Shown piece after piece: positions 12,217-24,134 of a DNA stretch of 51,774 nt. Source of the stretch: Dimargaris cristalligena. Its lineage: Eukaryota. The stretch's first letter is position 1. The number at the start of each line of letters is the position of its first letter. A model generated the notes under the pieces. It ran no database searches and was not told the DNA's origin. It worked only from the letters and a program-made list of their open reading frames with translations. The stretch covers positions 1 through 51,774 of the forward strand of contig ML002273.1 in assembly GCA_003614675.1 (NCBI GenBank), written 5' to 3'. The position numbers were made by a program, and so were the translations under genes.

Positions 12217-13636
12217 TTAGACTTCTTTTGAATATTGACTATTCGCCCGATTCTGGGGTTTCGTATTAACACGTTCCAGAGCACTGTTAGGATGTAATAA
12301 ACATTTCAAACTTACGCCCGACTTATGAGGGGGACCCCCTAACCTAACTCGTAGCAAATCGAATTAATATTGGCCTGCTATTCCCGGTTATGTTCCTTTC
12401 TTTACTGGGAAGGGCTACTGTGTTGTGAGATAGTTTCATCACACTAGCATAATTATACTAGCATCCAAATGGCGTAGGTACGGCTTCCAAGGAGCGACTA
12501 CGCATCTGCGACGAAAAACATTAGAACTAATAATAGCAGAATATCCATAATCGTAATAAGTTATATATGTCTATCTATATGTATTCATGGGCTTGAATGT
12601 TGCCCCTCAACCGTCCGGTTCCTTTAGCCCGATGTTTATCCGGCCACTTTAGCGGACCACAATCCAAAGCGCTGTGCTTAATAATCAAAGAGACACGGGG
12701 ATTCAATCACCAAAGGTGTTCTCTCCCTTTAGTCACACCCACCTCCTCCACCCATCTGCTCGATATAACCCATTCGCCATTCCATCTTTATACTCCATTA
12801 CTCTTATATTATTTGCCCCAGTAACGTCTTCAAGCATATTCTGAGCTAGTTCTACGTTTATATCCCCAGTCCACCCGACTATATAAAGCCGTACTAATTC
12901 CCATGGTTATTCGCCATTATATTTATCTACAAAGCGCCTTTTGCAACCTTATTTTCAGTATTCTCTCAACATATTCTTCCTGGGCGTAAGAATTTTGGAA
13001 TTCACTACGAGTTTACCCTACGACGCGCGGGGTACTAGGGCTACTATAATGTACTCAAAAATAACCGATTGGCACATGGGGCATTGCTGTTCTCAATATA
13101 ACAATATTTTAAGCAATAGTGACGAGTATAAAAAATGGCCAATTGGGTCGCACGGGCCTCAACTTTGCCATATAAAGGATCTCCAGCAATAAGGAGAGTG
13201 GCAGCTCAGATACGCAGGTCCTTTGTTACGTTGTTGACCTGCCAATATATAACTATAGACCCAGTCACTTGAATAACTTCGTGGCCCTTTAACACTTTTC
13301 TTCACGACTAAATCATTAGTTGGTGGTTTAAGCTGAATGGCTCCTTACTACAATATGACTGTTCAAATCAATAATATTAAAAGGGAGTTGGTTTTCCAAC
13401 CCGTCTACCACCCACAAAGATTGACGCCCATAACCCTAATGCCACTTTGTCTGACTGCTTTGCCAAAACCAGATCCATGTACTTTCATCGTAGCTTCACC
13501 AGAAGCGGTAACTGGGTTCCCTGTAATCTTTTGGTATTAAGTAGTATTATTAAAAAGTAATATATTTTGAAGAATGGGACGCACAAAGCGGCCTAAGCCT
13601 GAGAGAAGCCTATGTAGAAACGTATATCTAGCTATC

Positions 13637-13664
13637 TATATATATATATATATATGTATATATA
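13637..13664. repeat. (TA)n microsatellite (one interruption)
   Basis: TA run downstream of eIF4G. Confidence 0.9.
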
Positions 13665-14076
13665 ATGGAAAAGGTATGTGAGGAGTCAAAAATAAGCGAA
13701 GCCTGGGAATGGCCACAAATGCGGTCTCAAAAGGAGCCATGGTGGGACTGCAAAACGACAAATAACACCAATCACAAATTAAAAAACAGCATTGGCAAGT
13801 CACGGAGAGGTACGACAGAAAATAGGGGCAAGGCTACCGAAATGATATAAATGCAAAAATAAAATAAAAAAATAAAAACAACAACTTGGCGCTATGGTAT
13901 AGAAGAAGTGGTAGATGAGAAGCAGAGGTGTGCCCCGTCCCTCATGACTACCGCTCGGATCAGCCCTGTCCAACGAGTCCGCATGAATGTATGTGTGTAA
14001 ATAGACAAAAAAGGAGTGGGCTGCCGTCGGTACTTCAGACTACGTGGTATAGAAGAGTGGATGAAACCAGAACAAT

Positions 14077-17000
14077 TTACAGGAGAGGGATGTAGTCCGA
14101 CATGTCCTTGAGGTCAAGGGTCCGCTGGATAGCCTCGGGGGTACGGCCGTCAGTCGGGAAGTACACGGACACGTCAAACGAGCTCGTGGACAACTCTTCG
14201 CGAAGACTGGCCACGGTAGACTCCCGGGCGAGCAGCCACTCTTTGATCACAGGCAGAGCGGGGGGGGACATGGAGGTGGGGTTCTCCAACGGGCGAAGGA
14301 CTTGCCGAAGCTCATCCACCGTGACCTTGGAGCAGGCCAACACCCGTCCCACATAGTGGTGGACACGGGGGAAATCCATCGCGAGGTCCTCAATCAGTTC
14401 GGCGAATTGAGCCAGCCCAGCGACCAGCTGCCCGCGAGCGATCGCTTCAGCACCGGTCAACTTAGGGAGCAACTCGGCAATCGTATCGACCATCTTATCG
14501 CCCTTATCCAAAGCCACTTTGAACATTTCACAAACGATGGGAGCGTGGGCCTCCGTGCCTCCCATCTCCTCCAGGCACATCTTCACTTCCTCCAGATCCT
14601 TAAGGCCCTGGTACTCCAGCAGCATGCTCTTCACGGGCTTGTTGAGGGTCTCAGAGGTGGGACCAGCAGGCGTCGAAGCGGAGGAGGGTACGGCCTCATC
14701 TCCGGTCGAAGTAGCGGGGGCAACAGCTACGTCTCCCGTTGTGGAACCACGGGGAAGGAGGTTGAAGCGCGGGCGCATCGAGGCCGACTTCTGGACGGGG
14801 GACAGACCGGTGGGCGACTTGCCCACATTGGGCTCCTCAGCGGTGGGTTCCTTGGCACCCATCATATCGCCCACGTTGGCCAGGGCGCTGAATTTATTTG
14901 ATGTGCCGATATGCGAGTTGGACCGGGACAGCTGGGGAGTAGAGGCACCGCTGGAATGCGGGGGGCGACGGGGAGCGTTTCCACCGCTCTGGCCTTCTTC
15001 CTTCCAACCACGGGAGCCGCCCCCGAGGCTGCCGAAGAGACCACCACTGGGACCGAGGCTAGGGGTGGCCGAGCCCTTCAAGTTACTTAAGTTACCGAAG
15101 CGCGATAAATCACCAGTCTTGCGGGAGGCGCCCGCGTTGTTGTTCCAGCCATCCAGACCACCGGGAGTGAGGGAGCGCTGGCCACGACGATCGCCATAGC
15201 CCCGGCCACCCAATTGCTGTTGGAGGTTGGGCATACCCCGGCCGCTCGAACTGGCCGACTTGCGGAGCTGCATCTGGGACTCTTCCTTCTCGCGGGCGGC
15301 ATCTTCGTGGATCTCGGCAATGGTCTTGGGACCTGCGTTCTTCTTATCCACCCAGTTAGCCTTGCGCAGATCAATCACATCGAGCAACAGGCAACGGAAC
15401 CGACTAGGCAGGTTCTTATTGACCGACAGGGCCTGGATGGCCCGGAAATATTTGTCCATATTGAGACTCAGGACCTTGCTCTCCGAGATTTGCTTACCGC
15501 ACGTAGTCATAAGTTTGCACAGGCTTTCCACTTCTTCTTCGACAGGGTTCTCGAAGTTGGAGAGCAGCTTGATGATACAGCCATGTACCACCTTATCGGA
15601 CAACATACCCATCTTGTACAGTTCACCAACAAACGCTACCAATCCGAGACCATGTCGCTTCTGCTTCTGCAGCTCGTAGTACTGGTCGGACATGATAAAA
15701 CTGGGATCGGTGACATCAATGCCCTCGGTATCCAGCCGCCAGCCCTTCTCAAACTCAAACTGACAGCGGCTAAGCAAGTACCTCCGGAAAAGCTGGGAAC
15801 CGGCCAGAGGCTCGCCCTTGTTGTTCTTGTAGTCGTCGCTGCGAACGTCGTCCAAACGGCCCATCATGTTTTGGCACAGAAGGGCGTAAATGGAACAGAA
15901 GTTCATTTCGTCAATGGCCTTTTCAAAGATCAGCTGAATGACGAGCTCCAGAATCTGGCCATTACCGGTCTTGGCCGATAACCGAGCGAAATCGACAATC
16001 TGGTTCGAGATACTTTCGAATTTCTCCAGAGTCAATTTGTTGAGGAGGGACTTCACCTTACGGATAATCACCTCGTTCGAGGGGATGCCGTCATCGCTGG
16101 TAGCCTCCTTCTTAGTACCCTCGCCGACAGTGCGCGGAGTCCAGCGGTTCGCCGATTTCTCCAAAGGCTTGACGTTCTCAATGGGGGTCGGGTTGGCACC
16201 AGTAGGCTGGTTGCCGTAACCCTTCTTCTTTTCTCCCCGGCGAGAGCTACGGCCCTCCCGGTTACCCATTCCACTGTTGCGCGATTGCATGTGGCTAGTG
16301 CTGGCCGAGCGGGGACCAATGTGCATGCCGGCACCCATCGAACCAGGGTAAGAAGTACCGCTCAAATTCCGCATGTTGGAATTGGCGAACCGGTCTGCAC
16401 TGGTGCGTGGAACATGGTTAAAGTTACCCATGCCGCTATTTTCAGGGAACACGCCCCCCTTAGCGGAGCCCCGGTTGGCAGTCATACCACGGCGATTCGC
16501 GTTGGTACTGCGGCGGTCGGTATGACCGCCGGCCTCTTCAGTGGCGGCGACTACCTCCTTATTCAACTGAACGGGCTTCTCCGTGCAAAGGGACTGGAAC
16601 TGAAGCAGGAACTCGCGATTATATTTCAGGATTCCCTTTTCGGCGGTGGGAGTGGCCATGTTGGGAGGGTATTGAACCTTATCGAGCGAAGAAACGTCAA
16701 GCATCATCATCTTGGCCGGTCCGCTGGGGGCCGCGTCCGTCTCCTGAGAAGGGACTTCATCTTCCTCCTGCTCTTCAACGGCCTCCTCATCGTCAGTCTC
16801 GGCATCGGCTTGGTCCGTATCAGTGACGTCATCAGCAACGGTTTCGGCGGGCTCCTCCGCTACTTCGGCGGCCTCTTCAGCGGGCTGCTCCTTCGGCTCA
16901 GTAGAGGTCTCAATAGTTTCAGGAACGACGGGCTCAACAGGTTCGGCAATCGGAGTCTCCTCCATCTCCATGGGGGTGGCCTCTGGGGCTTCAGGAGCCT

Positions 17001-19095
17001 CTTCGGGAACCACTTCGGGAGTCTCATCAGACGCCTCGGGCTCCTTAACGCTAAGTCCCTCCAGCTGGGCGACAAGGTCATCCGCCTCGTTGGCATTGAA
17101 CTTGGCCAGATCATTGACCCGAACCGAAATGGTCTCGGGCTCGGAATCACTGGTCTTGCCGGGTTCGTCGACATCCATCTCATCGGCCTCGGGGGTTTCG
17201 ACGGACACAGGGGCATCAGTCGAGGCAGGTTCGGGGTCTGATAACTTCTTAGCCTCGGATGGGGCCACAATGGAGACAGGGCGGCGAGTGGGGGTTACGA
17301 AGGTGGGCTTGGCTTCCGCCTCGGAGGTCGTGGTGTCATTGGAGGCCTGTTGACCGGTGCGAATGACCGGGCTGACCTCACGCTTGGCAGGGGAACCGAT
17401 CAGCACTGGATTCTTTAGATCCAGTTCCTGTTTGGTTTCGGGGTTGACGATGCGAATGGCCTTGTTTACTTTAGGGCCTGGCGAGAAGGCGGGGGCCGAA
17501 GTATTGAGGCGCGATGACATGGGCTGAGGTACCGCGTTCACAGACATTGGGGAGCCGGTCGGCGGGGGTCCGGGCGCCATGGGGTAGGGGGGAGGGTAGG
17601 GATACATGGCACCAGGTGGGGGCGGCCGGTAGTAGCCCTGGGGGGCGGTATTAGGATCGAACTGGCCCGGCACCGGGGAATAGTATTGTGGATGGCCCCA
17701 CGACTGGTGGGCAGCCAGAGCGGGCGGGACGCCTGAGCCAATCGGACTCGTGCCAGTGACCAGGGCGGGGGCAGCGGAGGTGGGGATGGTGCCGGTGGGC
17801 TTATCCCGCGGACGCAAATGCGGAGAGCCGGGGTGTGGGTGGGTATGGGCGTGAGACATGGGGTGAGGGGCAGGATAAGGCTGGGCAGCCGCCATCGAGG
17901 AGCCCCCATGCGGAACGGGAACCGGGGAGGCACCGCTGTAGTTGTTGGGCTTGTGGGCATTTGGGTTGGGGGGTCGCTGACCTGGATATCCCCGGTACGG
18001 GTACATATTTGGGTTTCCGGGCTGGCCAGCAGGCGGGGCGTGGTAGCCGTAGAAGGGCTGAGGAGGCCCCTGGGATGCCTGCATGGAGGAGTGGGGATGC
18101 ATGCCAGGCATCATGCCGGAGGCATGGGGATGAGGCGGGGCCATGGAGTGTGGCGAGCCATAAGGGGGACCGCCTCCGGGGTGGAAAGGTAAGGCGGCAG
18201 GGGGATTGCCGGGGCCATCGGCTGAGCCCGAGGGAAGAGGCATATTGGAGTGGGGCGGGGTCTTGTCGACCTTGCCGCGGGGGTAGCCGGAACTCTGATG
18301 GTACCCGGGACCGTAGGAGACCTGGCCATAACCGGAGTGACTGGCGCTCCGGCCCCGACCACCGTCGGTAGGGTAGAATTTGTTGTTATATTTGTTTTCG
18401 AAGCTACGGGGAAGTTCGTGGGCCCGGGGGGCAGGCGAGCGAACAGCACCCGCCGAGTGGGGCATATGAGAGGCCTCGGAGCGATCGGCAGGCACCGACA
18501 GGTCCAGGGTTCCAAAAGTAGGCGCCGTGGGAGGGGTGCCCACCAGGTCCGGGGGGGCACCGCCACTCTTGAGATGATTTTCTTCGGAGGCGGCCGTCGG
18601 GGGTTGGGGGGCCGGGGTAGACTGGTTCAGGGAACCAAACTGGATGGCGGGTGCCTGAGCAAACCCAGCCTGCCGGGGGGGCAGCTGTACGGCCGGACCG
18701 CGCACGGGCGGCCGAGAGGCGGAGCCATTGGCCGAATCGGTTAGATTGCCATGGTAGGAGGGAGCGTGGCGGGAACCCGATAGGGGCACGTTGGAGAAGG
18801 ACACGGGCCGGGGCCGGGAGGTATTGTGAGCGGAGGCCGGAACCTTAGCGGCGGGCTGGTTGGGGGCGCTCGGTGGGAGGGTTGGGGTCGGAATATTGGA
18901 AGTGGGTTTAGATGGGACGACAGGGCCCCGGGGGTGCTGAGTGCGTTTGGCGAGTGCGGAAGAATCAATTATAGCGGTAGTCGCACTCGGGGGTGGACGG
19001 GCAGTGGAGTTAGATGCGGGGGGGCTGGGCCTCGGATGCGATTGCTTAGCGGTTTGAGCGTAGGAAACGGGTGCTGAAGGCAGTGTGCGATTCAT
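14077..19095 (-). CDS. TIF4631: Translation initiation factor eIF4G (1672 aa)
   Basis: eIF4E-binding YxxxxLphi motif (KYNREFLL) and MIF4G domain (VKSLLNKLTLEKF...IFEKAIDE...GLVAFVGELYK...EVESLCKLMTTCG...SRFRCLLLDVIDLR...GPKTIAEIH). C-terminal MA3-like helical domain. Confidence 0.96.
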   Translation of the reverse strand: MNRTLPSAPVSYAQTAKQSHPRPSPPASNSTARPPPSATTAIIDSSALAKRTQHPRGPVVPSKPTSNIPTPTLPPSAPNQPAAKVPASAHNTSRPRPVSFSNVPLSGSRHAPSYHGNLTDSANGSASRPPVRGPAVQLPPRQAGFAQAPAIQFGSLNQSTPAPQPPTAASEENHLKSGGAPPDLVGTPPTAPTFGTLDLSVPADRSEASHMPHSAGAVRSPAPRAHELPRSFENKYNNKFYPTDGGRGRSASHSGYGQVSYGPGYHQSSGYPRGKVDKTPPHSNMPLPSGSADGPGNPPAALPFHPGGGPPYGSPHSMAPPHPHASGMMPGMHPHSSMQASQGPPQPFYGYHAPPAGQPGNPNMYPYRGYPGQRPPNPNAHKPNNYSGASPVPVPHGGSSMAAAQPYPAPHPMSHAHTHPHPGSPHLRPRDKPTGTIPTSAAPALVTGTSPIGSGVPPALAAHQSWGHPQYYSPVPGQFDPNTAPQGYYRPPPPGAMYPYPPPYPMAPGPPPTGSPMSVNAVPQPMSSRLNTSAPAFSPGPKVNKAIRIVNPETKQELDLKNPVLIGSPAKREVSPVIRTGQQASNDTTTSEAEAKPTFVTPTRRPVSIVAPSEAKKLSDPEPASTDAPVSVETPEADEMDVDEPGKTSDSEPETISVRVNDLAKFNANEADDLVAQLEGLSVKEPEASDETPEVVPEEAPEAPEATPMEMEETPIAEPVEPVVPETIETSTEPKEQPAEEAAEVAEEPAETVADDVTDTDQADAETDDEEAVEEQEEDEVPSQETDAAPSGPAKMMMLDVSSLDKVQYPPNMATPTAEKGILKYNREFLLQFQSLCTEKPVQLNKEVVAATEEAGGHTDRRSTNANRRGMTANRGSAKGGVFPENSGMGNFNHVPRTSADRFANSNMRNLSGTSYPGSMGAGMHIGPRSASTSHMQSRNSGMGNREGRSSRRGEKKKGYGNQPTGANPTPIENVKPLEKSANRWTPRTVGEGTKKEATSDDGIPSNEVIIRKVKSLLNKLTLEKFESISNQIVDFARLSAKTGNGQILELVIQLIFEKAIDEMNFCSIYALLCQNMMGRLDDVRSDDYKNNKGEPLAGSQLFRRYLLSRCQFEFEKGWRLDTEGIDVTDPSFIMSDQYYELQKQKRHGLGLVAFVGELYKMGMLSDKVVHGCIIKLLSNFENPVEEEVESLCKLMTTCGKQISESKVLSLNMDKYFRAIQALSVNKNLPSRFRCLLLDVIDLRKANWVDKKNAGPKTIAEIHEDAAREKEESQMQLRKSASSSGRGMPNLQQQLGGRGYGDRRGQRSLTPGGLDGWNNNAGASRKTGDLSRFGNLSNLKGSATPSLGPSGGLFGSLGGGSRGWKEEGQSGGNAPRRPPHSSGASTPQLSRSNSHIGTSNKFSALANVGDMMGAKEPTAEEPNVGKSPTGLSPVQKSASMRPRFNLLPRGSTTGDVAVAPATSTGDEAVPSSASTPAGPTSETLNKPVKSMLLEYQGLKDLEEVKMCLEEMGGTEAHAPIVCEMFKVALDKGDKMVDTIAELLPKLTGAEAIARGQLVAGLAQFAELIEDLAMDFPRVHHYVGRVLACSKVTVDELRQVLRPLENPTSMSPPALPVIKEWLLARESTVASLREELSTSSFDVSVYFPTDGRTPEAIQRTLDLKDMSDYIPLL

Positions 19096-20647
19096 CTATG
19101 AGGGATTATGAAGAGGAGGGTGATCGCGGCAGAGAAGCGAGCAGTGGGGGAGAGAGGACAGCGGAGTGGCGCTTTGGGAAATCCAACGAGAACAAACTAC
19201 GGCTAAGGGGTAGGACGGGAAAATAAATACAGTAGGGTAGAGATGGGGGAGGGTGCAGTAGATAACAAGTTAGAGACAATAGCGTAAAGGACGGCGATCT
19301 TCCGAGGAGGGAATAGACTAGAAGGAGGAGGTGAATCAGGATTAAAGAATCAGTGTGATCCAACCGCCGATGACCTGAATCAAGCCTTTTATACAGGGGT
19401 ATCGCGCCAAGTCAAGTGGAATACCAGGCTGCAGTTGGCTGTTGGGTCAGTTGACGGGGTAAGGCCTGAGCCGGTTATGAACAAACCGAGACCCCACAAA
19501 GAAGCGTATTTATCAGAATGGATAAGGCGAAGGGGATTATTACGCCTCCACCTTCCTCGCCCACCCACAGTCGTAGAAGAGACCCAGCCCTAACCACCAC
19601 CGGTGTGCACGAGGCAATATATTTTTTTTTTTGGGGGGGGGGAGTGTGAGAGCACCAAAAAAGAACCTCATTATACGGTGGGGGAAGAGATATGGGGCTA
19701 AGCAGGGACCCGATACAGTCTGCACCACGCCGGGACGGGGAAGGTGGATGGGGCTGGTGAATAAGCGGCAGCCCTTCTTACGTATCATGAACAGCAACCG
19801 CACTTCCTTCCTTCCTTGGTGGGGCAGTGAATAAGGGCCGGCAAAGGAGTGTCAAAGACCAAGGGTGGATTTGGAAAGAACGGTAGGGGATATATGGGGA
19901 ACTCACACTGTAGAAGAGGGGCGGTCGGCAACAATAGCGACGGCGGAGTACCCCAACGAGAAGCGACGGCGCAAACAAGGGGAAATGGGTCCAAAGTAGA
20001 TGGACCGGGAATGGTGGAAGAAGGAAAGAAAGAACAAGCCAGACAGGCAAAAGGCAGTCGAATACAAGGGCTGTTCTGAGCTGTTGGAGAGGGGGGATTG
20101 TATGCGCATACATTACCAAAGCCAATGTGGGCGAGAGGTGGAACCAATGGCGGGGCTTTCCCGTATAGTGTGTCTTATCCGCCGGTGGATGCCTGCATGC
20201 AACAATCCTCGCGAAAAAAAAATCAGCGGCTCTATTGCATAGGCATGGGGGGGCATTAAAGGAGAGGAGGTTTGTTCCACGATTCCACAACTAAACTGCC
20301 TTGGCCTGAATATTTTTGGCAGGAAGCTGACCACCCCTCATACTAACTTCACCCATGTAACGTGACTTGCGAGCGAGTATGAGACAACAGAGGTATTAGG
20401 CCTGTAAAGTGGATTGCGGCTGTGCCAAGGAACCGAGGCTGGTCGATTGAAGATGCCCTGAGCAACCCGCACATGGGCCCTTTCTCACCCGTTCCCGTCG
20501 CGCTATCCCTTCATTACCGCCTACTCTGTACCTCAGCACCTCGCAACTAGCCCCCTTCATAGTCCTTTCTGCCGAGCGGTCGCTATACGGCAGTTTGTGA
20601 ATCACCCGCAGCCAGAGTTTACCCGTTCGCCCAGCGCAACAGCCACC

Positions 20648-22640
20648 ATGAGTCGCTCGCCTTCGTCCTCGCAGCACTCCTCCTCTTCCAGCGAGGTCTC
20701 TGACTACGAGTCCGACACCGGTGAGGCCGGCCCCCCTACCACCCAGTTCGTGGAGCTCTCTGACCACCGTAAGGTAAGCCCACGCACAGCAAAGAGATAA
20801 AAATGCAGACAGGGCCTGTTTTTAACCCTGCCCCATCATCTCGCCGCATACCAATGATCCAGCTTCAGGGCAATCCATACCACACTATGCCCTGTCGCCA
20901 ATCGACTGCTCCCTCTTTGCGCTTCTCTTTTGGCGCCATAATATCCACATTAATCGACCATCCCCATCGATCCTTCAATATGCCATTCCAACAATCCCTT
21001 TGTTTTGCTCCTTGAACGGCGTTTCAGGGGGATTGCCTTTCAATTGTGACTTATGAGTAGCTCCCAATTGGCATTCCAGGGCTGGCGCTCCCTCCGCCCC
21101 TTCTTGCAGCTGGGCGCGCTCCAATCCGACCTTACCCCCCCCCTCCGACCGTCGTTAACTTAACCTAATAGCTAACAAAAGTCGTACGCGTTGTCCCTAT
21201 GTCTACCTGTTGCACCACCCATAGACCGTGGGTGCATTAGCTCTAGATCCCGCAGGAGCCCGTCTCATATCAGGTGGACATGATTACACCATCAAGCTCT
21301 GGGACTTTGCCGGTATGGATGCCGCCTTTCGCCCCTTCCGGACCATCGAACCCTTCGGGGAATGCCCCATTCACGATATTCACTACAGCCTCACCGGGGA
21401 CCGTTTTCTAGCGGTCGCTGATTCGCCCTCCCCCATGCTTTTCGACCGCGATGGAGACACCCTGGAGCAGTTTGCCAAAGGCGACATGTACATCCGCGAT
21501 CAACGACGCACTGCGGGGCATACGATGGCTATCACTCGAGTGGGCTGGCACCCCACGAATACCAATACTTTCTACACGGCATCCCGGGATGGTACTGTGC
21601 GCATTTGGGATGCTACCCAGAAGCACAAGCAAAACCAAGTACTGGTCATCCGGCCCCAGAGAAGCACCACCCGAGTCTCGGTCGAAGCCGCCCTGATGCC
21701 CACCAACGGCCAGTCTATTATAACGGCCACCAATGACGGCTGCCTTAGCATGTGGTCCACCAAAGGCAACCCCAATAAGCCCACTCACTGCGTGGCCCAG
21801 GCCCATGCCCCCGGAGGGTCCGCCGAGTCCTTGGCCCTCTCCCGGGATCAAAACATACTGGCTAGTCGGAGTGGTGATGATACGGTGAAGCTCTGGGACC
21901 TCCGCCAATTCAAACTGCCCCTTGCCACTCGCACTAATCTCCCGTGCCTCTACTCCGGCACTGGCCTGCTATTCAGCCCCGACGAACGCTACATTGTCAC
22001 TGGGGTCAGCGGTAGTCCCACCGACCCGGCCGGACAGATTCGCATGCTGAACCGGGCGGACCTTAGTGACGCCTACAACACCCCTATAGAAGGGACCAGT
22101 GTCATTTCTGTACTTTGGCATTCCCGCATCAACCAAATTATATGCAGCACCAACAAGGGGGCCATCCGGGTCTACTACGACCCGTCGACCAGTGTTCGCG
22201 GCGCTAAACTAGGGGTCGAGCGAGCCGCCAAACCCCAGTCCCGCTCGTCCGAGGCATCCACTATACTTCCCCACCAGATCATCACCCCCCACGCCCTGCC
22301 CATGTACCGGAATACGGGCCCGGTGGGTTCTAAGAAGCGGCAGTTAGAGAAACTCCGCCAGGACCCGGTAGCCTCGCGAATGCCTGAACGCCCCATGGCG
22401 GGCCATGGGCATAGTGGCCGTCTAGGACATACCGAAACCCAGCATATTATGAAATCCTTGATTAAGAATACCGCCTTGGACGAAGACCCTCGCGAGGCCC
22501 TCCTTAAATACGCGAAAGCCGCCGAAGAGGACCCCTACTGGGTTACACCCGCTTACCAAAAGACCCACCCCCGCCCCGGCAAACGCTCTGATGAGGGGAC
22601 CGATGACAATGCTAAGCGGAAGCGGCCCAATCCCTCTTAG
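20648..22640 (+). CDS. WDR70: WD40 protein WDR70 (GAD-1 homolog); exons 20648-20773, 21225-22640
   Basis: KLWDFAGMD...RPFRTIEP, KGDMYIRD...GHT, IITPHALPMYR, RQLEKLRQDP and DEDPREALLKYA...PYWVTPAYQKT are WDR70-family motifs. Intron GTAAGC...TAG. Confidence 0.9.
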
Positions 22641-22972
22641 TCAATGCTGGAATACACCAGTGGGTAAAGCAGCCATCTATTCATCGCTAACGGCCAGGCA
22701 GGCTTTTGAATTACATAGCAGTGTTCTTTGTAATTGTGAGGGGTGGCGTTAAAATCTAATATTTATTGCAATGATTAATGAAAGTAGTGGAAGGACAAGG
22801 AAGAATGTATAAAAGAAAGAGAAGGAAATTCACCACCTCACCAACTCGACTCAAAAAGTGTAAATATGGTACAATATCCGAAACTGGGCGACCGCGGTTG
22901 AGGTCAAGTATAGTGAGCACGTATTTATAAATAAAAACGTCAGTGATAATCGCTAAACCTGGTCCCCCGCTA

Positions 22973-23749
22973 CTACTTACTTACCCCAACCTCAACCGGG
23001 ACGGGTTTGTCCAATTCGGCCAAAAAGGCATTGGTTGTTTCGGTCAGGTGCTGCACATTCTCGGAGTTGAGCTTTCCGCGTCCGTGGAGTTCCCGGAATG
23101 CAGCGGACTTGGCCCGAAGATTGCGGATCCCCTCTGCTTCACCCTGGCCTTCGGGATTCAGACCCTGGTAGGCCTTCAAGCCCACCTTGGAGGAGGAGTC
23201 CGCGCGGACCCCGTCTTGGTTGCCACCATTGCTCCGGGCGGCCTGGTCCAAGAAATTCGCCAAGAACTCACTCAGCTCGTACTCTTCGTAACGTAGATGG
23301 GGTGGGAACCGCATTTCTCCCCCCTTCTCCCTGAGCTCGGGGGGTTGGGTGGTGTCCGGTGTCAAGGGCGAGGCCAAAGAGGCGATGCGGGAAACCGCAG
23401 CCCGGGACACGGCCCCGGTTGGGTCTGTCTTGGCGTTGTACTCAGGGACCGCGGTGGGCGACTGGCTGAGTTTGAATGAAACACGCTGGAAGAAACGTCG
23501 CAACTTCAACCGCTTAAGCGGACTGAGGGACTGTACATAGAGACCCGATAAGCCCTGGATAGTTGGGATAGCCCCCCCGGCCGGCTGGATTGATGGGAGT
23601 ACTCCGTGAAGCATGGGTTGTGGGGAGGTGGAAGGTACATCCCGCCGACTGAGTGTGGACTGTTGAGCGTGGGGGATGGCGGGGGCTGCCCAAGCAGTAC
23701 CGACTAAGCTGATAAGCAGTAGCCGCAAATATAAAGGACTGGCTTGCAT
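22973..23749 (-). CDS. Orphan secreted protein (258 aa, signal peptide, dibasic sites)
   Basis: MQASPLYLRLLLISLVGTAWA-AP is a signal peptide. RR/KR dibasic sites are present and there are no Cys residues. No recognisable domain. A branch point CTAAC (23823-23819) and acceptor TAG (23791) upstream indicate a leader intron. Confidence 0.75.
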   Translation of the reverse strand: MQASPLYLRLLLISLVGTAWAAPAIPHAQQSTLSRRDVPSTSPQPMLHGVLPSIQPAGGAIPTIQGLSGLYVQSLSPLKRLKLRRFFQRVSFKLSQSPTAVPEYNAKTDPTGAVSRAAVSRIASLASPLTPDTTQPPELREKGGEMRFPPHLRYEEYELSEFLANFLDQAARSNGGNQDGVRADSSSKVGLKAYQGLNPEGQGEAEGIRNLRAKSAAFRELHGRGKLNSENVQHLTETTNAFLAELDKPVPVEVGVSK

Positions 23750-24134
23750 AATGTAGGGGGTGGGAGGGTAGGGGTAGTTGGGTAAGAAGTCTAGATTGTG
23801 CGGGGGAGGGGTGTACGGGTTAGTTTATCAACCGAGTTACGTTCAGTTATCCAGAGTTTAAACCCAATGGAACTACTTAATACTAACTAGTGTTACTGTT
23901 GACGATATGAGGATATCCTAGTCGAATAGGCTAAGAGGAAGGCAGCTATGCTTGGTCTAAAATAAACGACAATGTAATGGCGAGAGGGTCAACAGGGCAG
24001 TTAACTAAGTGTCTAAAAGTGGGTCAGAGTTACACGAATGGGGGGAATGTAAGCAGGTGGTACAGGTGAGACACTGGTCGGTGGAGGGGGCGAAGGTGTT
24101 GCTTATATTTGCTTGGGACCTTGGGGTAGCAGTT

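Noticed and set aside
14102-19077. Many long plus-strand ORFs (up to 318 aa) opposite eIF4G
   Set aside because: Antisense shadow ORFs of a GC3-rich coding strand; no family motifs.
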